64,000 nt of DNA from assembly GCF_009914755.1 (NCBI RefSeq), contig NC_060926.1; one strand, written 5' to 3'. Origin of the DNA: the human T2T-CHM13v2.0 reference genome, Homo sapiens. The notes below the pieces were generated by a model. The model worked only from the letters and a program-made list of their open reading frames with translations. It ran no database searches and had not been told where the DNA came from. Positions 15,120 through 29,122 of the stretch are shown here, piece by piece; position 1 is the stretch's first letter, and each line of letters begins with the position of its first letter. A program made the position numbers and the translations under genes.

Positions 15120-16050
15120 AGTTCTTGGTATACTATAAATACAAGTCTTTTATCAGATATGTGTAATTTCTCCCAGTCTGTGGCCTGTCTCTTCACTGTT
15201 ATCAGTGTCATTTACAGAGAAAAACTTTTTAATTTTAATAAGGTGCAAATTTTTTTTTCAATGCATTGTGCTTTTGGTATTATATTTAAAACTAATACCT
15301 GAACACCAAGTCATGAAGATTTTCTCTTATTTTTCTTCTAGAAGTTCTATGGATTTGCATTTTACATTTATATCTTTGATCCATTTTCACTTAATTTTGT
15401 GTGAGGTATGAGATTTATGTGTAGGCTTGGATATCCAATTATTTCAATGGCATTTCTTGAAAAGACTGTCCTGTTTCCATTGAATAACCTTCGCACCTTG
15501 TCAAAATCAGATGGCTATACCTATATGTGTTTACCTTTGGGCTCTCCATTTTGTTCCATGAATTAATGTATCTAATTTTTTTGTGAATACAAGACTGTTT
15601 TGATTATAGTAATTTTATAATAAATTTTGAAATCCAGTAATGAGATTACTCCAATTGTTTGTTTTCAGAATTGCCTTTGTTTTTCTAGTCTCTCTGCCTT
15701 TCCATATAAATTTTAGAATATTTTTTATATTTACAAAAAAAGGTTGCTGGGATTGTGATTGGTATTATATTTAATCTATAGATCAGACTGAGAAGAACTG
15801 ACATCTTAACACTATGGAGTCTCCTAATCCAGAGGCATATCTTTTTTCCTATTTAGATATTGTTTGATTTATTTCCATAGTAATTTGCAGCTTTCTACAT
15901 ACATATTTTGTACACATTTTGCTACATTTACAACTATTTATTTCATTTTTATTTTTGGTGCTACTACTTTTTTTTAACTTCAAATTCCAGTTTGTCATTG
16001 CTGGTACACAGGAAAACAATTGGCTTGTGCATCTTGCTTTAAACTCTTGA
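15120..16050 (-). mobile_element. Old L1M ORF2 fragment
   Basis: Antisense L1 motifs (TTTATCAGATATGTG, TTGAAAAGACTGTCC, TTCCATATAAATTTTAGAAT, GAAGAACTGACATCTTAAC). Confidence 0.75.
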
Positions 16051-16149
16051 AATTTTTGTTTCTTTAACAATTGACTATCTCTTAGTGATTATAAAAATAG
16101 AACCTAAAGCATAATTATTCCCTTTAAAAAAATCCTAAAATATGTCATG

Positions 16150-17835
16150 CTCTCTTAGGGACACAATAGCTGGTGTTGGGAAAACTGAATCTGGAAACTG
16201 AAGATAGTGATGTTTGCCCTACAGCATGGAGATAAAACATTTGCTGAAGCCTATAATAACATGCAAGACAGCTCATGTTCCCAATGCACTTGTAGCTCTA
16301 GGGGAGCATATTGGAAAGCAAATGTTGGTTGTGTGTATTGGTTACCACTGGATAGTTTTGCAATACATTGCAAAAAAAACAGAAGAACTCAGGAAAGAAT
16401 TAGTCAGTTTCCAAAGACCAGGAGAAAGGAAATAGAATAAGTCCAGAAAGTACTTTTTTCATCCCAAACAACCAAAGATTGAGAAATACTTTGTGAGTCC
16501 AACATTCACTAAAATCTTTTAATTGATTAAATTACCTCTGGGCATGGAGCAGATTAGGGTATACAACTCTGTAATTTTGTTTTTAGTTTTTTCAAAAAGG
16601 ATTCATTATTACATGCTCAAGTCTCAAAGGACCTAACACAAAGGACAGAGTGAGAGTGAGAAAGAGCATGAGAGAGAAAACAAAGAAATGTTAGCAGTTC
16701 TGGCAACTGTATCTCAGAAAATAGTGTCAGTCTAGTTACAGACCCATGAATAAAATCAGATAGATAATAAGTTTGGTGAGTCTCTGAGAGAGCAGTACTT
16801 CCAAAAGAACCAGGAGTCTGTTTCTCCAGACTTTAAATGATCTTTGAGCACCCAACCATATATAGGCAGGAAATGAGTTAAGAAAGCAGCACAGAGTATT
16901 CCCTATGGCCTACTTTAGATGTGGCCAAGAAATATATTGGAAAAAGCAAACTCTTTCAGAGGGTGTAGCTAGCGACTTGCAAAACAATGAACAAAGGAGT
17001 TCTTCCCAAGGAATAGAATCAGAGCATAACCAAGGAACATTCCACACCTCCAAGATAGTGAAGCTCATAATATCTTCCCAGTGAAATTTTAGAATTGATG
17101 TGAATCAGGGCCTGTAGAAAGTAAGTCCCCTATTCTTCCCGTTTCTGAAGGACAGTGTTTATTATCTTCCTTTTCCATCATTGCATATTGTGGGTCTGGG
17201 GCAGCACAGGGTGGGTGAGTGATTGAGTAGGTGGTGCAATTTAGCTTGATTTAGGTCACTCTTCCCTAGATCAAAGCAAGCCAAATTCAGACCTAATGAA
17301 CAGACCAGTGCACATCGTTAGAGACGGCTTGAATTTTAAGTTCTATACCGTGACTGGAATGACTATTGAGTTGTCTCTCTCTAAGCGGTATTGAGTATGC
17401 ACCGCCTGTGGGAAGGAGAGTAATCAGAATACTTAGTGATCAAAAAAGCAAACTGTAATAGATGTTATTATAATATTCCAAGAATTCTAGGTCTCCTCTC
17501 CTTCCATAATCATTCACTTTTTATGTCTAAGTATAGTCCTAAGACTTACTTTGGTTAATGAAATGTGAGTGAAAGTGATGTGTCACTCTGCACAGAAGCA
17601 TTTAAAAAACTCAATTCTCCATGTGTTTGTTGGTTTGTTATTTTATCCTACCATGGCTAAGTCTGAAGCCTCACTTCAAATGACAAAAGAACCTGAATCA
17701 AGGTAGTCTTTTTAGCAACCCCCTTCTCTGCCAACCCAGATTGTAAATGTATTATGAGAAAGAAGGAAAAAAAAATGATATTGTAAACCACGGACATATG
17801 GGAGTTTTTGTTTTACAGCATAAGGTTATCCTGAT
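16150..17835 (+). mobile_element. Probable old MLT1 internal sequence with 3' LTR
   Basis: MLT1-like LTR motifs at 17540-17835 (GACTTACTTTGGTTAATGAAATGTGAG; GAGTTTTTGTTTTACAGCA) and MaLR-internal-like sequence upstream; very diverged. Confidence 0.4.
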
Positions 17836-20800
17836 TATTGCACCAGGCACTTTGGAAGATTAAAACTCAACAACTTTGTAGCCAAATTAAGATGTTCAGA
17901 TTATGCATGAAATTATCAAGGAAAAAATCGAGATTTTACATCCTTCCAAAATGCAGTAGTCATAATAAACATGTAAGAAGAATAATACATGCAGATCTGA
18001 AGCTAGGAAACCTTGTGAAGTTTGTTTTTTAAATCCTTCTACTTCCCTTTTCTGTGGATATTCTGTCTCCAGAGAGCCCTCATCTCTATCCACCAACCCT
18101 AACCTCTAAATATGTAATTATACACAATTTAGAACATGATGGTTTTGGAGAATATGCAAAAGCAGTGCCATTTGGAGTTAGCAAAAATTATCTCTATTAT
18201 TTGGTTTGGAAATTGGAGAAACTCATATAGGATATAAAAAATAATGAACCGGTTTATACACATTTATCCCTAGGTGCAGTAGTCAATCATACTTTCCCTT
18301 CTCTTCTTTCTCTTACCTTCTCTTTTTTACTGTTATATTTTTCCTATAAATAAAAGAAACATCTTTTCCCCACTTTGTATTATTAGTATATGCTTTTAAA
18401 AAGGTAGTTTTAAGATAAAAAGCAACAATTTGGTATGATTTATCAGGATAATATATGCAATGGTATGTCCACTTAAGGTAATTTTTCTCAGAAATCTGTT
18501 TTAAGATGTCTTATCTACATATTATACAAAGTCAGAATGTGTTTCATTTTAGAACTTGAAAATTGAAACTCAGAGAAGTTCATTTATCTGGAATTTAATG
18601 ATAACAGGGAAATTTAGGTGTTCTTGCTGGTGGAAGCAATTTTGACTAAATGGTAATGTAGGATCTCAAATTTCATAAGCATGAGGTATGCTATTCATTA
18701 TATTGAGAAGTTTTACTAAATGTTCAAAGATATATTATAATTTTATTATAAAATGAAGGGAGATGCCTTATGGAATACATCCTAGTTCTCCTATCCCCCA
18801 AGATATTTTAACTATTATCCAGCAAACCATTTTCTTATACATTTCTTAACACCTAGATATGGCCTAAAGTTTCCAGTGTCTTACAGCTATAAGAAATTAA
18901 ACATATAATATACTAAGCTCCAGGGACAAGAAATCAACAAATACCTATTTGCAAACAGCATTTTTCCAATATTATTTCAACATTAAATGGAAAACATGTT
19001 GGTTTTGATAAAATATTATTTAAAAAGTGTGAATTTATAAAGCTATAAAGTGTCAACACAAAATATACACGACAAATTAAGTCTGTTAGTATGGAAGACA
19101 TTTTGATTCTCTCAGGAATATGTTCTCGGGATCAGACCATTTACTGAATGCTGTTTTCCATGACTGTGATGAGATTCAGCTGGGCCACTAACAATCTTCT
19201 CCAGGGAGCTGGCAAGTCGAAAGGGAATTGCTACAATTAGCGTCCCTGCTCCCCACTCCCACTTCACTGCCCTCAGTGAAATTGACTGTCTGGGAAGACA
19301 AAAGCATACAGACAGAGAATTCAACATCAAGTCTAAAGCAGTGCCAAAACCCACTTTATTTAATGTAGACAGTGAGTTTCCACCCACAGCTTCCATGTCC
19401 TGTAAGTGTTCCAGTCCTGTCGGCTCATGAATAATCTTTTCCTGTGGACAACTGCCAGTTACTTGATTATTATATTTTTCTTTCTAACTTTGAACTTGAA
19501 TTATCTTTCGCCACTTGAAAGTCTTTCAAAAATATCCCCCAATAAAAGTTAACTCTTTCTTTTAATTTTTCTTTTTATTTATAGAAAATTTAAGAACATG
19601 AGCCTCACTAGCAGCACTAAAGAAGAATTAGTCAAAAAAAAATAGAATCTACACATTTTATTGGCAAAAAAGAAGAAACTGGTTGATAAAGGGAAAGTAG
19701 TTGATCTTTGATATTGTATATTATTTCTTTCAATGAAGGTCTCAACCTCTTCTTCTGTATCTTTTTTTTTAACTTTTTGGAAACTTGCATTGAATTTTTT
19801 CTCATATTCATTAGTATGGCCGTACTGGCTGGGTTTCTCCAATCTAATATTTTTCCTCTTAGCATTCTTCATTATAGCTCCTCCTACTTGAGAATAAGGC
19901 ACTATATGTGACTTTATATATAATCCATTATGGCTATATTAGGCAAAAGAGAATTAAAAACTTAACCAAGCTCATTATACTCTTAGTACACTGACATTTT
20001 TACCAATAAATATGATAACAAGCAATATAGAAATGGTAATAATTGCCTCAAACACTGGACATAACTATCAAATCAAGAGACAACACATAGATATTCTTGA
20101 ATTCTCATCTTCTATGTAAAAGTATAATAAATATTAAGCACTAGGTCTGGTTTACCTAGACCAACTAAAGTTTTCTATAAATTACAAAATTTTAAACTAT
20201 ATTTCATTAGGAAAATAATGTGTGAGGCTTAAATCTCATGAGGGATTGGTAAGGCTTGGTTTTTTTATTTGTATACATACATTGGTCCATATATGAATAT
20301 GAAATACCTAATATGAAAAGGAATATAAACATGTCCTACCTTCTACAGAAAAATAACAAACTTAAGAGACTTTAAAAAATGCTATTTTCCTCAAAAACAC
20401 TCTTTCTTTGTTACATCCTCAGGACACACAACATTTCCAGTTCCCGGGTAAATGCTTCCATTTCATTTGAGGACAGGTGCCATATGAGGTCAAGAGTACA
20501 GTGGTAGAACACGTAGTACACGTTGGCAGTAGGAGACATGACTTTTGGATAGAAAAATGAGAAACTAATACGTTTCCATCCAGAGTGTCAGTTAAAAACT
20601 CAGTATTTGGTAGTGATGACGGGTGGGTGGGGAGGGCTTTGTATGACTTTCTTTCTCTTGATGTTTTTTATGATGTTTCAAAAATATGTACACTGTTCCA
20701 AAATAAACCACCTAGTTTTAAATAATAACGTAATTGGAGAATTGTACAAATTTGATTGGTGCTAATTGGTTTGATATAAAAAATCTGCAAAGAATAAAAT

Positions 20801-21309
20801 GGCTTTCCATAAGTAATTGTAGTATTCGATAGTAATAATAATAACACAATTAGCAAAGAAAATTATCTATGGAAGTTCTAAACAATTGCCATATGAATAA
20901 ATTCCTATCCAGTTGGGAGGTGACAGAAAGATTTATGTTTTTATTAAAATCCAAGATTTCCTTCCATCTTCACTACAACACCTGTTGTCAAAATCCTTCA
21001 AAACTTTTAAGCAAGGGCACTAGCTATAAATCTTCTTGATATTTAGTAAATTAGTTTTTGAAATAATATGATTACTTATCATTTGCATCTCCTCTATTTT
21101 CCTACCTCATAACTTTTAATTTGAAGTAACTAGTTTAATCTTTACAGGTGCTACATAGAAAGTATTTAGTTTATTACAAGATTTGAGGAAACCTCTCTTT
21201 CCATACATTTGTTCACGTAAGAGTCCAGGATAGTAATTTCCATTGGCTTGTAACTTCCTGTCAGGGACAACCATAGTCTTTTATATTGATTGGAAGCACT
21301 GAGTTTACA

Positions 21310-21826
21310 TCAGCTTCCTTTCGTTGTTGTAAAAATTACCATAACATTGTGGCTTAAAAAAAAACACATATTTATTATCTGATAATTCTAGAGGTCAGGA
21401 GTCCAAAATGAGTTTCACAGGCTAAAATCAAGATGTCATCAGGGCTGCCTTCCTTTCAAGAGGCTTAGAGGAGAGTCTGTGTTCCCGCCTTTTCCTGCTT
21501 TTAGAGGCTGTCCACATTACTCCACTTTACTTAGTTTGTTGTGTCCTCCCATCTTCAAAGTCAGCAGTAGCTGGTTGAGTCTTTCTCACATCATATCACT
21601 CTGACACTGACGCTTCTGCCTCTCTCTTCCACATTTATGGACCCTTCTGATTACCTTGACCCCACTCAGATAACACAGGATAATCACCCCATTTTAAAGT
21701 CTATTGATAAGCAACCTCAATCCCATCTGCAGCTTTAATTCCTTTTGCCATTGAACCTAATATATTCACAGCTTCCAGGAATTAGAATATGTGCACCTTT
21801 GGCAGGCTATTTTGCTGTTTGCCACG
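21310..21826 (-). mobile_element. MLT1 (C/D-like) MaLR LTR
   Basis: GTGGCTTAAAA..ATTTATTATCT...TTCTAGAGGTCAGGAGTCCAAAATG and GATAACACAGGATAATC motifs. Confidence 0.8.
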
Positions 21827-22399
21827 GGGTGTTCTTTACACATGTGTGAAATTGAGCATCCTAAGGAGGTGATTTTCAATATGAAATATTTGGTTACTAA
21901 TGTATTTTCATGAACTTTCCCAAAAGCTAAAAACATCATCTGCTTCTTTTCTTAAGGTCATATTTTCATTATATTTAGCACTTTATTTCTCCAGAAAAAA
22001 AAAAGTTCAGAAATCCGTATTTCTTAAATGAGTCAGTTGCTGAGATTATATTCAGGCATGTAAATTAACTAAAACCTTAGTAGAATATTATGTAATTTCT
22101 AGATTTTAATAACTACATGTGGCTCAGCAATAGTTTCAATAGAGTAAATGAGTCTTTAATAATGACTAATTTGTAAGAAACTTTCCAAGCTTACACCTGT
22201 CTTCAAGATTGTCTTATGTACTAAAATATTTTATACATTAAGAGGACTTTACTTATATGCATACCTTACTTTTTAAATATTGCATAAAGCAAATTTAAGA
22301 TAAAAGCACTGCTTTATTTATTGTTCCATATTCTCTAAAAGTGTTGTACATACTTTATTTTAACAAATCAAGACACAACCAGGCAAACAGGCGTGTTAG

Positions 22400-23889
22400 T
22401 GTGTCTGGAATGGGTGGGTTTTTGGTCTCACTGACTTCAAGAATCAAGCCGTGGAAACTCGTGCTGAGTGTTACAGTTCTCAAAGATGGTGTGTCCCGAG
22501 TTTGTTCCTTCTGATGTTTGGACGTGTTCAGAGTTTCTTCCTTCTGGTAGGTTCGCAGACTCGCTGGCTTCAAGAGTGAAGCTGCAGACCTTCCCAGTGA
22601 GTGTTATAACTCTTAAGGCGGCGCGTTTGGAGTTGTTCATTCCTCCCGGTGGGTTCGTGGTCTGGCTTGCCTCAGGAGTGACGCTGCACACCTTTGCGGT
22701 GAGTGCTACCGCCCATAAAGGCAACGCTGTGGACTCACAGAGTGAGCAGCAGTAAGACTTACTGCAAAGAGACAAAACCGACACAACGTGGAAGGGAACC
22801 CAATCAGGTTGCTGTGGCTGGCTTAGGCAGCCTTCTTTAATTCCCTTATCTGACCCCACCCACATCCTGCTGATTGGTCCATTATACAGAGAGCTGATTG
22901 GCCCATTTTACAGAGAGCTGATTTGTCTATTTTACACAGAGCTGATTGGTCCATTTTACAAGGACCTGATTGGTCTGTTTTGACAGGGTGCTGATTGGTG
23001 TGTTTACAATCCCCCAGCTAGACACAGAGTGCTGATTGGTGCATTTACAATACTCTAGCTAGACATAAAAGTTCTCCAAGTCCCCACTAGATTAGCTAGA
23101 CACAGAGCACTGATTTGTGCCTTTACAAACCTTTAGCTAGACACAGAGTGCTGATTGTTGTGTTTATAATCCCTGAGATAGACACAGAGTGCTGATTGGT
23201 GCATTTATAATCCTCTAGCTAGACATAAAAGTTCTCCAAGTCCCCACCTGACTCAGGAGCCCAGCTGGCTTCGCCTAGTGGATCCTGCGCCAGGGCCACG
23301 GGCGGAGCTGCCCACCAGTCCCATGCCCTGCGCCTGCACTCCTCAGCCCTTGGGCAGGTGATGGGACCAGGCACCGCAGAGCAGAGGGCAGCGCCCACTG
23401 GTGAGGCTCGGGCCATGCGGGAGCCCACAGTGGGTGGGGCGAGGCTCGGGCATGGTGGGCTGCAGGTCCCGAGCCCAGCTCCGTGGGGAGGCAGCTGAGG
23501 CCCCGCGAGAATTCTGGCAGGCTGGCACTGCTGGGGGACCCAGCACACCCTCCACAGCTGCTGACCCTGGGTGCTAAGCCCCTCACTGCCCGAGGCTGGC
23601 GGGCCAGCCGGCCACTCCGAGTGCGGGGCATGCTGAGCCCACACCCACCTGGAACTGGTACTGGCCTGTGGTGCCAACGCCGGTTCCCACCCACGCCTCT
23701 CCCTCCACACGCACCCCCCCACACCTCTCTGCAAGCCGAGGGAGCCAGCTCCAGCCTTGACCAGCCCAGAGAGGGGCTCCCACAGTGCAGCGGCGGGCTG
23801 AAGGGCTCCTCAAGTGTGTCCAGAGCGGACACCGAGGCTGAGGTGGCACTGGGAGCAAGCGAGGGCTGCTAACACGTTGTCACCTCTCA
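22400..23889 (-). mobile_element. ERV9 solo LTR (LTR12C/D-like) inserted in a MIR
   Basis: Minus strand starts TGAGAGGTGACAACGTG and ends CCAGACACA; GC/CpG-rich U3; tandem CTGATTGG array at 22869-23200; TSD TTAG/TTAC; MIR core resumes at 23890-24030. Confidence 0.93.
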
Positions 23890-24119
23890 TTACTATTCTC
23901 CTTTTGTAGATGAGAAAACAAGGGGCTCAGGTAAACTAACTGCTTTATCTAACATCACTCTTCTAGAAAATGGTACAGACCAACCCTCAACTCAGGGGTT
24001 CTGGTGACTTATAGTAAAGGGTGCTTTCTACCACGACATTTGTTATAGAGGATAATATAGTAGGAAACACTCATATAGAAACACAAACAAGATTAGCATC
24101 CATACTCAAACAAATAACC

Positions 24120-25075
24120 AAAATTTAGAGAAAGAAAATAACCCAATTTAAAAATGGGCAAAAGATCTGAATAGACATTTCTCAAAAGAAGACATGCAAA
24201 TGGACAAAAGCTACATGAAAAAATACTTAACATCACTAATCATCAGGGAAATGTGAATTATAACCACAATGAGATATCACCTCATATCTGTTAGAACAGC
24301 CATTACTAAAAAGACTCAAAATAGGTATTGGTGAGGGTAAGGGAGAAAAGACAACCCTAGTACACTGTTATTAGAATGTAAATTAGGCCATTATATGATG
24401 GTGACTTAAAAAATAAAATTTAGAACTACCATATGATTCAACAATTCCACATCTGAGTATATATCCAAAGGAAATGAAATCAGCATGTCAAAGAGATATT
24501 TGAATTCCAGTGTTCATTGCAGCATTATTCACAGTAGCCAAGATATGGAATCAACCTAAGTGTCCATCATCAGATGAAGGATAAAGAAAATGTGATATAT
24601 ATACACAATGGAATACTATTCAGCCTTAAAAGAGACAGTTCTGTCATCTGCAACAAGTATGGATCTGGAGAAAATTATGTTACGTGAAATAACCCAGGCA
24701 CAGAAAGAGAAATACCACATGATCTCATTAATAGGTGGAATCTAAAAAGAGTCAAAACTCTCAAAAGTGGAGTAGAATGGTGGTTACGAGAGGATGGAGA
24801 GACAATGGAGAGATGATGAAATATCACAAAATTTCAATTAGGTATAAATTCTAGGATCTATTGTACAACATGGTAAGTGTAGTTAATAATAATGTATTGT
24901 ATACTTGAAAATTCCTAGGAGAGTAGATTTTAAATGTTTTCATAATAATAAGTATGTGAAGTAACAAATATGTTAATTAGCTTAATCATTCCACATTATG
25001 TATATATATCAAAACATCGCTTTGTACCACATAAATATATATACAATTTTGTCAGTTAAAAATAAATAAATTTAA
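24120..25075 (+). mobile_element. L1MA/L1MB 3' end
   Basis: AAAAATGGGCAAAAGATCTGAATAGACATTTCTCAAAAGAAGAC, an L1M-type 3'UTR and an A-rich end. Confidence 0.88.
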
Positions 25076-26054
25076 ATTACAGTAGCATTCACAATAATAA
25101 ATTTATGAACACTCAGTGGAAACAAATTTATGAAAGTAAGTTTCAGCTTCACAAGGAGAAATTGTGATTTTGTCTTAGACTATGTTGCCACTCACCACTA
25201 GGATTTTACTTTTTCACTCATCATTGTCATTTCCCTCTTTAAGAATGTATGTCACCAAAATGAAATATTTGACCAATAATTATGGTCACCAAGCTTCCTC
25301 GTCTTTGTTTATTTGCTAGAAAGTGTACAAGTTGAAACTAGAACATTGAGTGACAAACAGAAGCTGAAAGAAGGAACTAGGAAAAACCTAGGATGAGATT
25401 CCAATAACTGTTTTCAAAGACATGAGAGGTTCACTGTAAATTACTGACTTCATGCCTCAGGAGAAACCAATTAATCTCTAGGTGCCTCAATTTCCTCACT
25501 TATGAAACTGGGATAAAATATTTCCCACAAAATTCACAAGAATAAAAATACAATGTGTAATTATAATTAATTTTTGGCTAATGCAAGGGTATAATAAACT
25601 CAAGATTTTTATTTGAGAAATTTCACATTGTTTTGTTTTGTTTTCTGATACTGTAAGTCCTCCATAAGCATATTTCAAAGCACTTTTCTCTGTAATTATC
25701 AAAGTCAAAAATTAAAAAAAACTAATCATGGAAAATGAGTTTTACTTTCCTTTACTTCTTTACCAGACATCTTACATTTTTCTTGACATAATCTTATTTG
25801 TTAGGTACAGATTGCCAATACTTATTAGGTTTGGTTTTAATTTTGAAAATGCTGTGACTGAACCCCAAATCCATCTATTTTGTAACCATAGGTAAGTCTT
25901 TCATGCTGTATCTATAAACTGGCTAAAAACAGATATTACGATGAGATAAAAATTAAACTTTGAAGAGCCCCATGTGTGATAGAAATGTACCCATGTATTT
26001 CTTCTTCTGAAGGTAAAATTTCATGTGCATTTAACTATCAATGTGGTAAAAGTA

Positions 26055-26438
<384 letters not shown>

Positions 26439-26884
26439 TGACTTTTCGTATATTTCTTGGAGTGTCTAAAATGTCTTTATATTTTTGTTGTTGACCAAAA
26501 AAAAAGATGTTCTCTCAATCCTTAAATTTATCAATTTTTCAACAAAACTGTCTGATTTTCCTGTGGATATATGTCCTGGAGCCCTCAAGCTTGTGCAGCA
26601 CTTGTACACACACGTGCAAAGATCTTGAATTGATCTGCCTCATATGAGCCTCATGTGTCACTCTCCTCTTTATATTTGCAAGCACTGACACTGAAATGCT
26701 CCCTCAATACCCCTTGGACAATTAGACTGTCATCATCATCAGCATGCCCAATTCTACTATTTTTGGAGTCCTGACCAAGACAATAAACAGAGGCTACATG
26801 AATATGGCTAAATATTTAAAGGCTGTAAGTTAACAAGCTGCTAATAAAGTTTGCTTTATCTTTGCTTCTTAACAAATGTATTCA

Positions 26885-26941
26885 TTAATAAATTCAAAAG
26901 TCTTAATAAATTCAAAATTCTTAATAAATTCAATTTCTTAA
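26885..26941. repeat. ~18-bp tandem repeat, 3 copies (TTAATAAATTCAAAAKTC)
   Basis: Directly visible; lies in a possible old DNA-transposon remnant (~26760-27300, family not identified). Confidence 0.85.
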
Positions 26942-27936
26942 CATTCAGAAAAACATAATTTAAAAATAGATGTGTAAAGCCATAGTTTGTATATTACTGA
27001 AAGTCAAAATAATATCAAGGATGACTGAATTGAATCATTATTGTACATCTAGGCATTCTATCAGTGACCCGACATTTTTTAGGGAACAGGACTAAAATCA
27101 AGATATAGATAACTCACAAATTATCATTCACTTAGTCTATAAAATTTGCTTTTACTTATTCCCATTTCAGTATAATACGTGTTGTGTAATATAGAAACAC
27201 AAAATAAAAATTAATTGTATTAAAATACACATAATTTACTATTTGTATTAAAAATATAAATGTAAAAATCAAAATGATTGTTATATTTGCACAGTTTTCC
27301 AAAAAAGATTTTTAATTTCACAATCATCTATTAGAATTTTGAGAAAAAGGAATTATAATCAACAAATATTTAATATTTAAATCAAAATTATTTAAGTAAA
27401 ACTAAATTTTTAAATATCAAACTTACAGAAATTAAATTGTATTTTATTATATCAATATCTATCTAGTTGCCAATTTAAAAAAAATCAATAACACACTTCA
27501 AATATGTTTGGTCTAGCGTCCCAGAGAAACAAAGTAAAAGTAATATGAATTATTTAAAATTCCAAAATACTCTTCAACTGCCATGGGCAATACTTGTGAA
27601 TATAATGCTAATTTGTTAATGTCTCCAAATCCACAAATGGAAACAAAATGAAACACAATAAATGGATCTTAGTACTGCTGGGAAAGACCGTTAGGTTAGG
27701 CAAGAATCTCTTATGATACTGTACTGGAAGAAGATGATACATTAATTATTTTGAATTTTGTCTTGTCTAAGCTCTGCTACCATTCTAATCCTCTGGACAC
27801 TTCTAAGCACCGTATGTAGGTCCCCAACTTTGGCATCACACAAACCAAAATTTTCAAGGTATTAAAACTGGATTGATTTTTGCTTCTAGAACATAGAGCA
27901 GGAGAAACAGTTTCCTTGGGGTCTGAATGGTGTTAA

Positions 27937-28651
27937 TGATACCGGAAGAGGGCAAGGAAATACTAGGTAGAAAAGAGCGAGGTCCCTGGTGAGGGCTCCA
28001 CCCTCAAGTTTGTACCTGCAAACCTAAATGAGAACAAGGACTCTTGTTATCGCACGGGAATGTTGCGTTTTCCAAGACCACTCTGTCCTGCCACGCCCCC
28101 TATCCTGTGCCATATACACCGGAAGCCTTAGCTGGCTCAGACATAGTGACTGGATGTCGAGAGGAATAGAGGAGCACAGTGGCAGAGAAGAGAAGGGCAG
28201 AGAGCTGCAGACCAGCCGACCGGCACGACAGAGAAGGAGAGAAGAGAAGAGGTGTCTGAATTCCAGGGGAAGATTTTCTCTGCCCCCACCCTCCACCCCA
28301 CCTTCCCACTTCCAGCTCCTCATCCCGTTGAAAGCCACCTCTACTGCTCAATAAAGTCTTCACATTCTTCATCTTTCAAATAGTTTCTGTGACCTGATTT
28401 GTCCAGGACAGCCAGACGAGAACTTGAGGGTTAACACTCAGCCGTCCCCGACGGCCGAGCAAGGGAGCGTTGTAACACACCCCTAGACTCTGCTGTGGGG
28501 CGGGAACTCAAAGGTGCTCGCCGCTGGCTCCTGCACTGGCTCACCTGCATGCTCCCCCTTCCGAAAGGGTTCTGAGCTGTGGGCTGAGTGAAACGAACCA
28601 CTCCAGTTCCCTCCTGCCCGCCAAGGGGGTCACGGGAATGCTCCCCGCTCA
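27937..28651 (+). mobile_element. ERV1-class solo LTR (MER50-like)
   Basis: TGATAC...GGTCCCTGGTGAGGGCTCCACCCTC start, AATAAA at ~28350, TCA end; CpG-rich relative to its flanks. Confidence 0.7.
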
Positions 28652-28918
28652 TCAGTTCAAATTACAGATGTTTAGAGTAATGATGCGTTGCTCTGTTTTG
28701 GTGCTAAGTGCTAGATCCTGAGTGAAGGATATACCAAATGTTGTACATATAGAAACATCACATAGTAGAAGAACTCATAGGTTCCTTAGTGTACAGTGAA
28801 TAATTAACTTTACTCAAAGAGGGGTCTGGCCTTTGTCCTTAACTACTAGGAGGTGATCTCTAGGTTCCTTCAATGTCTTAAGAGTGTTTTTGTTTACCGG
28901 GGGCGGGGCGGGGGGCTT

Positions 28919-28936
28919 TGGCCACTAGGCGGCCTA
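28919..28936 (+). promoter_or_regulatory. Predicted CTCF site preceded by GC boxes
   Basis: TGGCCACTAGGCGGCCTA matches the CTCF core; GGGGCGGGGCGGGG at 28900-28913. Confidence 0.6.
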
Positions 28937-29122
28937 ACAATGTAATTTATGGTGGAGGCTGTGGAACATACCACATACTGTTCCAACCTCTGGAGAAAAT
29001 GGAGACTAACCAAACTTCTGGATAATGGAGACCAAAAGTCAGCTATGTGGGCAAAATGTAATTGAAACCCAATACAAACTCTGAACACCAATGACTAGGG
29101 GGAGCTTCCCTGGTTGGCAATA

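Noticed and set aside
22869-23230. Regularly spaced repeats resembling a CRISPR array
   Set aside because: Standard LTR12 U3 CCAAT tandem repeats in a mammalian genome; no unique spacers or cas genes
22355-23872. Cluster of long overlapping ORFs (up to 185 aa)
   Set aside because: All lie in the GC-rich LTR12, where stop codons are rare; no protein family features
28024-28652. ORFs of 73-108 aa on both strands
   Set aside because: Inside the MER50-like LTR; no coding signature
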